Source: an uncultured Bacillota bacterium
GTDB lineage: Bacteria > Bacillota > Clostridia > Christensenellales > Borkfalkiaceae
Length of the DNA: 43,621 bases
Assembly: GCA_949282465.1 (NCBI GenBank)
Contig: CASDPM010000108.1
Coordinates: 1 to 43,621 of the forward strand
Direction of reading: 5' to 3'
Positions 33,134-43,621 of this stretch are shown here, piece after piece. The notes under the pieces were generated by a model. The model had not been told where the DNA came from. It searched no databases and saw only the letters and a list, made by a program, of their open reading frames with translations. The stretch's first letter is position 1. Each line of letters starts with the position of its first letter. Made by a program: the position numbers and the translations under genes.

Positions 33134-35362
33134 ATGAATTTTAACGCTTGGAAAGGATTTAAATCGGGAAAGTGGCAAGAATCTATTGACGTCGCTGATT
33201 TTATCAATCTTAACTACACGCCTTACGAAGGCGACCGTTCTTTCTTGGCAAATTCAACAAAGAGAACGGATTTAATCATGTCCAAAGTCAACGCTCTTTT
33301 TGAATTAGAACGCAAAAAAGGCGGTGTGCTTGACATTGACTGCGAAAACGTTTCTTCTCTCCTTTCGTATGCACCTGGTTACGTTGATAAAGACAACGAA
33401 ATTATCGTTGGACTTCAAACCGATCAACCACTTAAACGTGGAGTTAACCCCTTTGGTGGAATAAGACTTGCGCGCAAAGCGTGCGAAGCGTACGGATATA
33501 AATTGAGCGATAAAATCGAAGAACAATTTAAATTCAAAACAACTCATAACGACGGCGTGTTCAACGTTTACACCGACCAAATGCGTCTTGCTAGGCATGC
33601 CGGAATTATTACGGGACTCCCCGATGCTTACGGCAGGGGTAGAATTATAGGCGATTATCGTCGTATTGCCCTTTATGGTGTAGACGCTCTTATTGAAAAT
33701 AAACTTGCAGACAAAAAGGCTTATGGCGAAAAGGACATGAGCGAAGAAAATATTCGCACGTGTGAAGAGTTAAACAAACAATTATCTTTCTTGTACGCTA
33801 TCAAGGAAATGGCTAAAATGTACGGAAAAGATATCTCTTTACCTGCTGAAAACGCCGAACAAGCAGTTCAATGGACGTATTTTGGGTATCTTGCGGCAAT
33901 AAAAGAACAAAACGGTGCTGCAATGAGTCTCGGCCGTGTAAGTACTTTCCTTGATATATATTTTGAACGTGATCTAAAACTCGGCTTAATCGACGAAGTT
34001 CGCGCACAAGAAATTATGGACGATTTCGTTATTAAACTCCGTCTTGCAAGGCAACTCCGCACCCCCGAATACAACGAACTTTTCGGTGGCGACCCCACTT
34101 GGACGACTGAAAGCGTTGGTGGTATGGGGCTTGACGGAAGAACTAGGGTTACAAAAAACTCTTACCGTATACTTAACACCCTTTATACGTTAGGGCCTGC
34201 GCCCGAACCCAACCTTACAGTTTTGTGGTCGGAAAACTTACCCGAAAACTTTAAGTTATTCTGCGCGAAAGTCAGCGAAGATACCGATTCTATTCAGTAC
34301 GAAAACGACGATTTGATGCGTCCACTTTACGGCGACGATTACGGAATCGCTTGTTGCGTTTCGGCAATGAAAATCGGCAAACAAATGCAGTTCTTTGGCG
34401 CTAGATGTAACCTTGCAAAACTTTTGCTTTTAACACTAAACGGTGGCAAGGACGAAAATACGGGAACACAAATCGGGCCAAAAGGCAAGGTATTTACGGG
34501 TAAACTCGATTATAACGAAGTCGTTTGCGAACTTGAAAAATATCGTACTTGGCTTTGCAGACTTTACGTTAACACCTTAAACGTAATACATTTTATGCAC
34601 GACAAATATGCGTATGAAAAAATTCAAATGGCGCTACATGATACCGAAGTTGAAAGGTTTATGGCTTGCGGTGTTGCAGGGTTAAGCGTTCTTGCCGATT
34701 CGCTTTCGGCTATTAAATACGCATCGGTTACCCCCGTTATAGACGAAAACGGTTTGATTACCGACTTTACTATTGACGGCGATTTCCCCAAATACGGCAA
34801 CGACGATAATCGTGTTGACGGTATTGCCGTTGAACAATTAAATGCTTTTTCTAATCAACTTAAACAAACAAAAACCTATAAAAACGCTATTCACACTTTA
34901 AGTGTTTTAACAATAACTTCTAACGTTGTATACGGCAAAAAAACGGGGTCTACACCCGACGGTAGAAAGAAAGGCGAACCCTTTGCCCCTGGCGCTAACC
35001 CCATGCACGGTAGAGAAAAAAGCGGTGCGCTCGCTTCGCTTAACTCGGTTGCTAAACTCGGTTACGATTATTGCCGTGACGGTATTTCTAACACCTTTAC
35101 TATCGTTCCCGCAGCGCTTGGTGAAACACCCGAAGAAAAAACGGCTAACCTTGCCAACATGATAGGCGGTTACTTTGCAAACGGCGGTTTCCACTTAAAC
35201 GTTAACGTTCTTGATAGAGCAAAACTTGTTGACGCTATGGAACACCCCGAAAAATACCCCAACATTACTATTCGTGTTTCGGGCTATGCGGTAAACTTCC
35301 ACAAACTAAGCAAAGCGCAACAACTTGAAGTTCTTAAACGTACTTATCATGACACTTTGTAA
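33134..35362 (+). CDS. pflB: pyruvate formate-lyase (formate C-acetyltransferase)
   Basis: 742 aa. Glycyl-radical signature RVSGYAVNF near the C-terminus, active-site region GIACCVS, and AAAGGAG SD. Confidence 0.95.
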   Translation: MNFNAWKGFKSGKWQESIDVADFINLNYTPYEGDRSFLANSTKRTDLIMSKVNALFELERKKGGVLDIDCENVSSLLSYAPGYVDKDNEIIVGLQTDQPLKRGVNPFGGIRLARKACEAYGYKLSDKIEEQFKFKTTHNDGVFNVYTDQMRLARHAGIITGLPDAYGRGRIIGDYRRIALYGVDALIENKLADKKAYGEKDMSEENIRTCEELNKQLSFLYAIKEMAKMYGKDISLPAENAEQAVQWTYFGYLAAIKEQNGAAMSLGRVSTFLDIYFERDLKLGLIDEVRAQEIMDDFVIKLRLARQLRTPEYNELFGGDPTWTTESVGGMGLDGRTRVTKNSYRILNTLYTLGPAPEPNLTVLWSENLPENFKLFCAKVSEDTDSIQYENDDLMRPLYGDDYGIACCVSAMKIGKQMQFFGARCNLAKLLLLTLNGGKDENTGTQIGPKGKVFTGKLDYNEVVCELEKYRTWLCRLYVNTLNVIHFMHDKYAYEKIQMALHDTEVERFMACGVAGLSVLADSLSAIKYASVTPVIDENGLITDFTIDGDFPKYGNDDNRVDGIAVEQLNAFSNQLKQTKTYKNAIHTLSVLTITSNVVYGKKTGSTPDGRKKGEPFAPGANPMHGREKSGALASLNSVAKLGYDYCRDGISNTFTIVPAALGETPEEKTANLANMIGGYFANGGFHLNVNVLDRAKLVDAMEHPEKYPNITIRVSGYAVNFHKLSKAQQLEVLKRTYHDTL

Positions 35363-36047
35363 AGCAAAAATAAGTTCGATATTTCATGGTTCGGCAGTAG
35401 ACGGAAAAGGCTTACGTTCGGTAATATTTTTTAGTGGTTGTAACCTACGTTGTGGGTTTTGCCATAACCCCGAAACCCTTTTCAAAAAGGGCGAAGATTA
35501 TAGTTTAGAAGACGTGATTAGCGTTATTAAACGCTACAAAAATTACTATAAAAACGGCGGTGGCGTTACAATTTCCGGCGGTGAACCTTTCATGCAAGCA
35601 GATTTTTGCATTAGCCTTTGCAAAGAACTTTCGCTATCTAATATTAACGTTATTGCCGAAACCAACGGGATTATAGTAAATAAACCGCTTATGCAACTTT
35701 TAAGCGGTATTAGACTTGACGTAAAAAATCACGATAACGAAGACGGTGATACGCTTATTAAACGCTATTCCCCTTTCCTAAACGAGTGCAAAAGTTTAAA
35801 TTTATCCGTAACGCTTACAAACGTTTTAATTCCCACCGTGAACGACGGCGAACAAAATGCAACGGCGCTAAATAAACTTATTAGCGTTTACCCCGAATGT
35901 GGTAAAATAAAATTGCTTGCTTTTCATAAAATGTGCAAGCAAAAATACGACGAACTAAATATCCCTTTTACCTTTGACGTTTATCCACAAGCGACCAAGG
36001 AAGATTTAGACGCCTTTTATGAAAAATTAAATAAAACCACGCTTTAA
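35349..36047 (+). CDS. pflA: pyruvate formate-lyase activating enzyme (radical SAM)
   Basis: [10 protein letters not shown] (CxxxCxxC). The ATG at 35349 is preferred over the track start at 35325. Overlaps the pflB end. Confidence 0.9.
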   Translation: MTLCKAKISSIFHGSAVDGKGLRSVIFFSGCNLRCGFCHNPETLFKKGEDYSLEDVISVIKRYKNYYKNGGGVTISGGEPFMQADFCISLCKELSLSNINVIAETNGIIVNKPLMQLLSGIRLDVKNHDNEDGDTLIKRYSPFLNECKSLNLSVTLTNVLIPTVNDGEQNATALNKLISVYPECGKIKLLAFHKMCKQKYDELNIPFTFDVYPQATKEDLDAFYEKLNKTTL

Positions 36048-36048
36048 A

Positions 36049-36092
36049 TGAAATGCACCTCCTAAAGTGTCTAACTTTTGGGGTGCATTTCA
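36049..36092. repeat. palindromic repeat element, copy B (44 bp)
   Basis: TGAAATGCACCTCC-TAAAGTGTCTAACTTTT-GGGGTGCATTTCA. It lies between the convergent pflA and fucI genes, in inverted orientation relative to copy A. Confidence 0.85.
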
Positions 36093-36121
36093 AAGCAGGT
36101 GCCTTTATTAAATTTAGTTTT

Positions 36122-37894
36122 TTATTTATAAAGTTCTTTATAGTTTGCGCAAGCCCTGAAATCAGCGCCTTCCAAATCTTTCGTTCCAAAAGCACTCCAA
36201 CTATGCGGACGATAAATATCTTTATCTGCAATATTATGAAGGGTTACGGGAATTCTGAACATACTTGCAAGGGTGATAAGGTCTTTACCGATATGTCCGT
36301 AAACGAATGCACCGTGGTTAGCGCCCCAGTTTGCCATTACGTTATATACGGACGAGAAAGCGTTAGTGTCGTTAAGTCTAGGTGCAAAATACGTTGACGG
36401 CCAAGTGGGATCGGTTCTATCTAAAATAATTCTATTAACCTTTTCGGGAACGTCTACCGTCCAACCTTCGGCAATTTGCATAGTGTAACCTATGCCTTCA
36501 ACCATGTTTACACGAACTAACGTTACAGGCATTTCGCCTTCGGTTGAGAACGTACTTGAAAATCCGCCGCCACGGAAATAACCCCTATTTGCAGGACTGA
36601 ACTGCGTTTTGCCTAACATTGCGTCAACGTCTTTATCGTCAACTTCCCACCATTTTCTCATGATAGAATTGCCATTTTCATCCTTACAAGCGCCGGTACC
36701 GTCAAGTGCGGCAGCACCACTATTGATAAGGTGCATAAAGCCGTTAGCAGCCAAACCTTCGGGTTTCCAACCGGTGCATCTTTCAACCGATTCGGGCGAC
36801 CAGTAAGTACGAACGTCTGCAAATACGCTTGCTCTATTCGTAAGAAGATTTTCAAAAAGCATTGCTAAACCGTTACAATTATCGCTCTCGGTTGCCAAAA
36901 TAATAGGTGCTTTCTTGCCGTTCCAGTCAAACGTGGAATTTAAAATTGCTTCGGTAAAGTCGCCGTTGGGTTTATAGTCAGTCCACATACGTTGACCTTG
37001 GAATCCACCGAAAATAGCGTTCCTACCGAGCGCTTCTTCGTGTCTACCGATATCGTTAAGTTTGGGATTGCCGAGCATTATATCTTTAATTATAAGCGTC
37101 ATCTTGGCAACAAATTCCCATTGAGCGTCGAGTTCGGCGCGAGTGAAGTCCTTTTGTCCCCAAGGTCCACCATTAAGGTCTTTGCCTTCTTTAATCTTTT
37201 CTTTAATCCATTTAAGTTCTTTTTCGTATTCTGCCTTATCGTAAATTTCAAGGTCTATTCTACGAAGAATTTCAGTCATGTCTACCCATTCAGCACGAAT
37301 ACCGAAGTATTTTTGCATCATGCTTGCATCAAGGAAAGATCCGCCGATACCCATTGATACCGAACCGATTGAAACGTATGCTTTATCTTTGATTTGACCA
37401 ACTACCAAAGCACAACGTGCAAAACGCAAAATCTTTTCTTCAACGTCAGGCGTGATACCGCTATCTGAAATATCTTGAACGCTATCGCCATAGATTGCAA
37501 ACGCGGGAAGTCCCCTTTGTGCGTGCGCTGCCAAACAAGCGGCAAGATATACTGCGCCTGGTCTTTCCGTACCGTTAAATCCCCATACAGCCTTTGTAGT
37601 CAAGGGGTTAAGATCCATAGTTTCACTACCATAACACCAACAAGGCGTAACCGTCAAGGTTGCCGTTACGTTTTGCGTAATGAAATATTGTTGACATTCA
37701 TACGCTTCTTTACCACCACCTATCGTGCAAGGTGAAATAACGACTTCGGCGGGCGTGCCGTCAGCATAGAAAACGTTTTCTTCAATAAGTTTCTTTGCTG
37801 CTTTTGCAAGGTTCATGGTTTGTTCTTCAAGACCTTCTCTTATGCCACCCCATCTTCCGTCGATAGTAGGGCGTATACCTATTCTTGGTTTCAT
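36122..37894 (-). CDS. fucI: L-fucose isomerase
   Basis: 590 aa. N-terminus MKPRIGIRPTIDGRWGGIREGLEEQTMN is closely collinear with enterobacterial FucI. Confidence 0.9.
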   Translation of the reverse strand: MKPRIGIRPTIDGRWGGIREGLEEQTMNLAKAAKKLIEENVFYADGTPAEVVISPCTIGGGKEAYECQQYFITQNVTATLTVTPCWCYGSETMDLNPLTTKAVWGFNGTERPGAVYLAACLAAHAQRGLPAFAIYGDSVQDISDSGITPDVEEKILRFARCALVVGQIKDKAYVSIGSVSMGIGGSFLDASMMQKYFGIRAEWVDMTEILRRIDLEIYDKAEYEKELKWIKEKIKEGKDLNGGPWGQKDFTRAELDAQWEFVAKMTLIIKDIMLGNPKLNDIGRHEEALGRNAIFGGFQGQRMWTDYKPNGDFTEAILNSTFDWNGKKAPIILATESDNCNGLAMLFENLLTNRASVFADVRTYWSPESVERCTGWKPEGLAANGFMHLINSGAAALDGTGACKDENGNSIMRKWWEVDDKDVDAMLGKTQFSPANRGYFRGGGFSSTFSTEGEMPVTLVRVNMVEGIGYTMQIAEGWTVDVPEKVNRIILDRTDPTWPSTYFAPRLNDTNAFSSVYNVMANWGANHGAFVYGHIGKDLITLASMFRIPVTLHNIADKDIYRPHSWSAFGTKDLEGADFRACANYKELYK

Positions 37895-37917
37895 ATTTTA
37901 TTCTCCTTAATAATATA

Positions 37918-39114
37918 TTATTTAATTTCAAGTTCAAGTTTTGCTACGCGGTAAATCATGCTAGTGCCGTAAGTAAATGGTTCAGACGTATAAGAATTAC
38001 CCTTGTTGATTTTTACCTTTCTGCCGTTATCAACCCATTTTGCCGACTTGATTTTAGCGCCGATTTTAACTTCGGTTAAACTTCCGCCAAGCGCAACGTT
38101 TACGTTACCGACCATGGGCGATTTACTTATTGCGTAATAATACCCGTCGCCACCTTTAAGAAGTATTGCGTTTTCAACTTCTATATCACAACTTTTAACG
38201 TCGTAAATAAATTCTTTGTTATATTTAATCCACTTGCCGATTTCAAGCATCATGTATTTATCAAGCGGTTTAACCATGCCGTTTGCCATAGGCCCAACGT
38301 TCATAAGAAAGTTACAATTATACTTTCTACAATCAATAAGGTTCTCGATAAGTTCAGGAACGGATTTATAATTAACGTCGCCCTTTGCATAACCCCAGTG
38401 ATCGTTAAATACTTGGCACATTTCACCTGCAACCGGTCTTTCACTCTTATCAACGAAGGCAGGTTTACCCCTTTCGAAAGTAACGCTATCAAGTTCATGA
38501 TGACCAAGTTTTCCACAAGCATCTAAGCCGGTATTATTTATTATCATTGCCTCGGGTTGATGTTTTCTTATCGTTGCGTAAAGCAAATCTTCTTCCCAGT
38601 CTTCGTTAGGTTTGTCCCACATACCGTCAAACCACAAGCCACCGATTTTGCCGTAGTTGGTACAAAGAATTTCTACACTCTTTCTCAAATATTCCAAATA
38701 TTTGGGGAAATTAGTTTTATAATCGGAATTATACCAGTCAAGCAAAGTATGATAGAAGAAAGGTATAATACCTTGTTTATTACATTCGTCTACGAATTCT
38801 TTAACTAAATCTCTACCCGTTGCCGAGTGTGGGGCGTCGTAATCGTTAAGCCCACAAGTATCGTAAAGCGAAAATCCGTCGTGATGACGCGTCGTTATGG
38901 TTATATATTTACAACCTGCACCTTTCGCCGTGGAAACAAGGTCTTTTGCCCAACCCTTTTTCACTTTAAATTTTGACGAAAGTTTCATATATTTCTCGTC
39001 GGGAATTTGAAGTATACATTTTGCCCATTCACCCTTGCCCACGATACTGTAAAGCCCAAAGTGAACGAACATACCAAAGCCTAACTTCTCAAATCTAGTC
39101 ACGTATTCGTACAT
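37918..39114 (-). CDS. alpha-L-fucosidase (GH29-like)
   Basis: 398 aa. FGMFVHFGLYS and the HHDGF region are typical of GH29. Adjacent to fucI. Confidence 0.8.
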   Translation of the reverse strand: MYEYVTRFEKLGFGMFVHFGLYSIVGKGEWAKCILQIPDEKYMKLSSKFKVKKGWAKDLVSTAKGAGCKYITITTRHHDGFSLYDTCGLNDYDAPHSATGRDLVKEFVDECNKQGIIPFFYHTLLDWYNSDYKTNFPKYLEYLRKSVEILCTNYGKIGGLWFDGMWDKPNEDWEEDLLYATIRKHQPEAMIINNTGLDACGKLGHHELDSVTFERGKPAFVDKSERPVAGEMCQVFNDHWGYAKGDVNYKSVPELIENLIDCRKYNCNFLMNVGPMANGMVKPLDKYMMLEIGKWIKYNKEFIYDVKSCDIEVENAILLKGGDGYYYAISKSPMVGNVNVALGGSLTEVKIGAKIKSAKWVDNGRKVKINKGNSYTSEPFTYGTSMIYRVAKLELEIK

Positions 39115-39125
39115 AGAAGTTCTCC

Positions 39126-39734
39126 TTATAAAATTTCAATTATTTTTTGCGCTACAACATCGCCGAGTGCATTAAAGCCTTGTTCGTTATAATGTATTCC
39201 GTCGGGCGATCTTAAACTTACGTCAAGCCCTTCGCTAACCTTAAATAAATCGTTTAACACGTATCCGTTCTTACTTGCAATTTCACTAACGGCACCGTTA
39301 CGTTGAGCCAAACGCTTTGCCCAGTCTTTATTGATGCGCTTGTTACCTTCTTTATAAACGATAGTAGAAGTCGCTATTATAAACTTGGAATTAGCCGAAA
39401 GAACTTTCGCCAACTTGTCTATTTTAGACTGGTAAGTTCTTTTGCTCATATGATAACCGTGTAATCCGTGATTAAAATGAATTACCGCATAATCGCACGC
39501 CTTAGCGTAACTTTTTATAAGCGTTTGATATAGCGGATTATCAACGGCGTATGACGTTGCGATAAAATCAACGTAAGCCTTACCTTTTAGAAGTTCCCTT
39601 ACCCTACCGTTATAACCGCGAGTTATGGAATCACCTATTAGTAGTGCCCTAGGAAGGTCGTCTTTATCGGCTTCTTCAGCCCAAGCATCTAACCATTCGA
39701 TAGGCTCTTTTTTTATCATGCCATTTTTCTCCAA
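39126..39734 (-). CDS. SGNH/GDSL hydrolase family esterase
   Basis: 202 aa. Block I LLIGDSITRGY and C-terminal DGIHYN (the DxxH catalytic pair). Confidence 0.75.
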   Translation of the reverse strand: MEKNGMIKKEPIEWLDAWAEEADKDDLPRALLIGDSITRGYNGRVRELLKGKAYVDFIATSYAVDNPLYQTLIKSYAKACDYAVIHFNHGLHGYHMSKRTYQSKIDKLAKVLSANSKFIIATSTIVYKEGNKRINKDWAKRLAQRNGAVSEIASKNGYVLNDLFKVSEGLDVSLRSPDGIHYNEQGFNALGDVVAQKIIEIL

Positions 39735-39879
39735 ATTATTTTATTAAGTAAATTATACACCTTGAAAAATCGGGGTGTTATAACGATATTCACAAAAAAC
39801 TTGTATAAAATTATCTTATTCTTTGACAAATTTTAATTTTTAATATATACTAAAACCAAACCTAAAAGGAAAAATAAAT

Positions 39880-40692
39880 ATGCACGATTTATTTTCGGAA
39901 TCTCTTTCCGCAACATACCATCACGGCGGTAAATTTAACATTACACAAAACTGGCACGATAAAAACGTGATTTGTCCTAACTCTAAAATTTATTACGTAC
40001 TAAACGGCGAAATTTGCGTGGAAACTGAAAAGAAAATTCTAATAGCCAAATCGGGCGACGCAATTTTAATACCCGCAGGCGTTAAACATTCTTACCACCT
40101 AACCGAACTAGGTCGTGCCGAAAAGTTTTGGTTTCATTTTGATTTGCGCTCGGGCGCAAACAATTTCTTTGAAAACTTTGAGTTTCCTTTTATTACCCAC
40201 CTTGGCAAAAGCGAATATATATTTTCACTCTTCAACACGGCGATAACCAAATCAAAAAGTTCAAAGATAAGCGATAAACTCGCTACGTCGGGTGCAGTTT
40301 GTTCTATCGTTGCTTACTATATGGACAAATGTTCATTTATTCAAACGTATACTGCCGAAAACGACGAAATCGACCGTATTATAACATTTATTAAAAAGAA
40401 TTACTGCGAGAAGTTTACCCTAGAAGAACTCGCCTCAACGGCAAATTTCAGTCCCAACTATTTCGTAAGAAAGTTTAAAGAACGCACGGGCCAACCGCCA
40501 CTTAAATACGTAAACAACTTAAAGTTAGAACGCGCAAAATTTTTGCTTGAACACTCTGATAAACTCATAAACGCCATAATGGAAGAAGTTGGTTTTTTAG
40601 ACCAAGCGCATTTTTCTAAACTGTTTAGAGCGACCACGGGTTATTCCCCTAGAAAATTCCGCGAAGTTTTCAAAAATAGAACGAAAGAATAA
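39880..40692 (+). CDS. AraC family transcriptional regulator
   Basis: 270 aa. Cupin-like N-domain and C-terminal AraC HTH (LEELASTANFSPNYFVRKFKERTGQPPLKY... FSKLFRATTGYSPRKFR). Confidence 0.9.
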   Translation: MHDLFSESLSATYHHGGKFNITQNWHDKNVICPNSKIYYVLNGEICVETEKKILIAKSGDAILIPAGVKHSYHLTELGRAEKFWFHFDLRSGANNFFENFEFPFITHLGKSEYIFSLFNTAITKSKSSKISDKLATSGAVCSIVAYYMDKCSFIQTYTAENDEIDRIITFIKKNYCEKFTLEELASTANFSPNYFVRKFKERTGQPPLKYVNNLKLERAKFLLEHSDKLINAIMEEVGFLDQAHFSKLFRATTGYSPRKFREVFKNRTKE

Positions 40693-40705
40693 ATTTTGCA
40701 AACAC

Positions 40706-40733
40706 AAAACCCCCGATATATTTCGGGGGTTTT
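40706..40733. terminator. bidirectional intrinsic terminator between the AraC gene and the phosphohexomutase gene
   Basis: AAAA-CCCCCGA-TATATT-TCGGGGG-TTTT. Confidence 0.85.
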
Positions 40734-40747
40734 ATTATTTTACGTTA

Positions 40748-42469
40748 TTATTTTATCAATTGTTCAAAAGCCGATTTGACATTTTCAAAAAGTTCAGTTG
40801 CCTTTTCTTCATTTTCAGCCTTAATAGAATACTATACTTTAAGTTTAGGTTCTGTTCCACTCGGACGAATACAAACAAAACTTCCGCCTTCTAATTCGTA
40901 ATAAACCGCATTGTTTTTAGGCGTATCCATATCTTCGCACGTTCCGTTCGCTAAAATGCGTTTTGCCGACGAATAATCTCTCGTTGCGATAACTTTTATT
41001 CCGCCGATTTCGTCAACTTTTATAGTCTTCATTTTATCTACCACGGCGTTCATCTCTTTCATGGCGTTAAGTCCACTATAAGCCACGCTTACGTTAGTAT
41101 CGAACACAAAGCCGTATTTTGAATAAAGTTCGCTTAAACGGGCAAACACGCCTTTATTATTATAAGTGTAATAGCACACCATTTCGGCAAACAACATGCT
41201 TGCAACGACAGCATCCTTATCACGGCAATGAGTACCACGCAAATATCCGCAACTCTCTTCAAAACCGAACACGAATTTTGCAAGCCCCGTATCGTCAAGT
41301 TCTTTAATCTTCTCACCGATAAACTTAAACCCGACGGGCGTTTCATAAAGGGTTACGCCGTAATCGTCGGCAATAAGTTTTGCCATACCCGTAGAAACAA
41401 AACTCTTTACTGCAAAACTGTTTTTATCAAGTTTACCCATTTCTTTAAGTCTTCTCAACACGTAATCTAAAAGAAGAATACCCGTTTGATTGCCCGAAAG
41501 AACTTTAAATCCACCCTTATCATCCCTTATAGCAACGCCAAGTCTATCGCAATCGGGATCAGTACCAAAAACCACGTCCGCTTTCTTAAAATCAGCCATC
41601 TTTATGCCGAGAGTAAGCGTTTCTCTATTTTCAGGGTTAGGAACTTGCACGGTGGAAAATTCCGTATCTTTATTGATTTGTTCGGGAACAACAGTTGCAT
41701 TAATTCCTATTTTTTTCAAAATCGTCGTTACGGGAACGTATCCACTTCCGTGAACGGGCGTATATACTAGTTTGATTTTTTTGCCGACCTTGGCGATTTC
41801 TTTCTTAGAAAGAGAAAGATTACGTATGGTCTTATAATATGTTTTATCTACCGATTTAGGTACTTTTTTTATCAATTTACTCTTCTTTTCGTCGCACAAA
41901 ATTTTATCGGACGTACAAGAGCCTATTGCTGTTATATATTTTACAACTTCCGCCGTTGCTTCGGGCGACATTTGCGCACCGTCTTCCCCGTATACTTTAT
42001 AACCGTTATATTCCTTTGGATTATGGCTTGCGGTTATCATAATTCCCGCAACCGTCTTTAACTTTTTAACCGCATAAGAAAGCATCGGTACGGGATGAAC
42101 GTCGGAAAAAAGATATGCGTTTATTCCGTTAGATGCCAAAACAAGCGCCGATACATATGCAAATTCATAAGACAAACGCCTTGTATCATAAGAAATAACT
42201 ACACCACGCTTTATAGCCGTTTCGCCTAAACTTTTAACGTATTCAGCAAGACCTTGGGTTGCACGCTTTACAGTATAAACGTTCATCATATTTATACCAA
42301 GCCCTATAATTCCACGCATTCCTGCCGTCCCAAATTCAAGTTCCTTGCCAAAACGATATTCTATATCTTTTTCGTCCGTTAAAGATGCAAGTTCTTCACG
42401 GTCTTTTTTATCTATATTTTCACTCTCTATCCAAGTTTTGTAAATTTCTTTATACATTGTATTCCCCAT
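40748..42469 (-). CDS. phosphoglucomutase/phosphomannomutase (alpha-D-phosphohexomutase) with an in-frame TAG at 40832-40834
   Basis: The track ORF (545 aa, 40832..42469) has TASHNP (phosphoserine loop) and GTDPDCDR. After ...RPSGTEPKLKV-TAG the same frame continues for 27 codons (YSIKAENEEKATELFENVKSAFEQLIK) to TAATAA at 40745-40750, directly in front of the terminator. Confidence 0.8.
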
Positions 42470-42752
42470 TTTTGCCTTTTACAAATTAAATTATATGATC
42501 GCTTAACTTAAATTATCAATCATAATAACGAATTATATTATACACTTTACATATTGCGGTGTCAAAAGATTTTCTTATTTTGTTGATTATACAAAAACAA
42601 ATTATTTGTACTCTATTATGCATTAGTTTGTTTTTATTTTATTTCAATCCACCACATTATTGCAATAAAAGTTTATCTTCGCCTAATGTTTGCTATTATC
42701 TAACGATTTTTGAAAAAGTTTAATTTAATTTTAAAAAATGATTTATAAATAG

Positions 42753-42781
42753 TTGACAATAAAAATTCATTTTGTTATAAT
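42753..42781 (+). promoter_or_regulatory. consensus sigma-A promoter of the tRNA operon
   Basis: TTGACA (42753-42758), 17 nt, TATAAT (42776-42781). Confidence 0.75.
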
Positions 42782-42809
42782 TCATTAGCGTTGTTCGTGG
42801 GAAAGTGAT

Positions 42810-42883
<74 letters not shown>

Positions 42884-42916
42884 AACGCATCTATTTCGGG
42901 ACGTATAAAGGCTTAT

Positions 42917-42993
42917 GCACCTGTAGCTCAGTTGGATAGAGCATCGGCCTTCTAAGCCGAGGGTCAGGGGTTCGAATCCCTTCAGGCGCACCA
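42917..42993 (+). tRNA. tRNA-Arg (anticodon TCT)
   Basis: GCACCTG TA GCTC-AGTTGGATA-GAGC, anticodon arm TCGGC-CTTCTAA-GCCGA, T arm AGGGG-TTCGAAT-CCCTT, CAGGCGC A CCA. 77 nt. Confidence 0.9.
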
Positions 42994-42999
42994 TTTCAT

Positions 43000-43077
43000 G
43001 GCGGGCGTAGCTCAGTTGGTTAGAGCGCAAGATTGTGGTCCTTGAGGTCGTGGGTTCGATTCCCATCACCCGCCCCA
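43000..43077 (+). tRNA. tRNA-His (anticodon GTG) with encoded G-1
   Basis: G-1 can pair with discriminator C73. Anticodon arm CAAGA-TTGTGGT-CCTTG, T arm GTGGG-TTCGATT-CCCAT, CCA. Confidence 0.9.
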
Positions 43078-43087
43078 TTATAAATCT

Positions 43088-43162
43088 AGGGGTGTAGCCA
43101 AGCGGTAAGGCACTGGATTTTGATTCCAGCATTCGTAGGTTCAAATCCTGCCACCCCTGCCA
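43088..43162 (+). tRNA. tRNA-Gln (anticodon TTG)
   Basis: AGGGGTG/CACCCCT acceptor, anticodon arm CTGGA-TTTTGAT-TCCAG, T arm GTAGG-TTCAAAT-CCTGC, G CCA. 75 nt. Confidence 0.9.
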
Positions 43163-43170
43163 AACCTTAA

Positions 43171-43246
43171 GTACCTTTAGCTCAGTTGGTAGAGCAACTG
43201 ACTCTTAATCAGTGGGTCCAGGGTTCGAGTCCCTGAAGGTGCACCA
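43171..43246 (+). tRNA. tRNA-Lys (anticodon CTT)
   Basis: GTACCTT/AAGGTGC acceptor, anticodon arm ACTGA-CTCTTAA-TCAGT, T arm CAGGG-TTCGAGT-CCCTG, A CCA. 76 nt. Confidence 0.9.
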
Positions 43247-43252
43247 ATAAAT

Positions 43253-43328
43253 GATTCATTAGCTCAGCCGGTAGAGCACGTGACTTTTAATCACGGTGTC
43301 CGGGGTTCGATTCCCCGATGGATCACCA
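43253..43328 (+). tRNA. tRNA-Lys (anticodon TTT)
   Basis: GATTCAT/ATGGATC acceptor, anticodon arm CGTGA-CTTTTAA-TCACG, T arm CGGGG-TTCGATT-CCCCG, A CCA. 76 nt. Confidence 0.9.
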
Positions 43329-43330
43329 GA

Positions 43331-43358
43331 AAAAGATAGGTAAAACCTATCTTTTTTT
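43331..43358 (+). terminator. intrinsic terminator of the tRNA operon
   Basis: AGATAGGT-AAA-ACCTATCT followed by a T-run. Confidence 0.85.
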
Positions 43359-43621
43359 GTTTTTCGGTGCACATCGGATTTTTGCCCCTGCAGGGCTCGG
43401 TCACGCCCTAAATTTAAGAAAAAATCAACCGATTTTGTAAGCAAGAAAAACCTCAAAAAAACACGTGTACTCATATTTGTACTCATATTTTTGATTAAGT
43501 TTTTATCTTATCGAAAAATCTTCACAAAATCAGTTGTATAGCCGTTTTTTCGGTCAGACGTCTGACCGATGCTGAAGAGCCGAGTATATATTTACCCACC
43601 TTTTCAGCCTTTGAAAAGCCG

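Noticed and set aside
40832-40834. Considered whether the in-frame TAG in the phosphohexomutase encodes pyrrolysine or reflects a reassigned genetic code.
   Set aside because: There is a single instance and no pylTSBCD genes or CUA-anticodon tRNA in the window. The position most likely corresponds to a Tyr codon one mutation away. It is kept as a finding to be checked, not as a recoding claim.

Overview
This 43.6-kb chromosomal segment reads like a low-GC Gram-positive, probably a Clostridia-like Firmicute. I infer that from an EndoA-type MazF, an LplABC-type sugar ABC transporter, strong AGGAG Shine-Dalgarno sites and CCA-encoding tRNA genes. Left arm (1-12.1 kb, housekeeping): a copA-type Cu ATPase cut by the window edge, feoA-feoA-feoB plus a 53-aa Cys-rich FeoB partner missing from the ORF track, a TetR regulator, a U32 peptidase with a family-3 O-methyltransferase (yrrMNO-like pair), RNase J, and serC-serA. 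12.2-14.4 kb is an unusual, mostly non-coding patch. It holds a small membrane protein behind a ~235-nt highly structured leader, an EndoA/MazF toxin with no antitoxin gene, and a composite tRNA-Arg(CCU) locus. That locus contains two 112-nt tandem units that copy the tRNA 5' part and fold back on it, then the real tRNA, a 90-nt element (X) derived from the tRNA 3' end, and a terminator. A truncated excisionase-like remnant and a palindromic repeat follow. 14.4-32.1 kb is a one-directional glycan-utilisation cluster: AraC, two Asp-box beta-propellers, KdgK, Eda, two large secreted adhesin-like paralogs flanking a 42-aa ORF, a lipoprotein SBP with two permeases, a GH78 rhamnosidase and an SGNH lipoprotein. 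A second copy of element X (85/90 identical, 19,090 bp downstream of the first) closes this block. It sits directly in front of a ZTP (pfl-motif) riboswitch, pflB and pflA. Right arm: fucI, a GH29 fucosidase, an SGNH esterase and AraC; a phosphohexomutase interrupted by an in-frame TAG; and a six-tRNA operon (Gly, Arg, His, Gln, Lys, Lys). The best candidate for something undescribed is the tRNA-Arg(CCU) composite RNA locus with its duplicated element X, next to the orphan MazF. All family assignments come from motif recognition by eye; no searches, folding or statistics programs were run.
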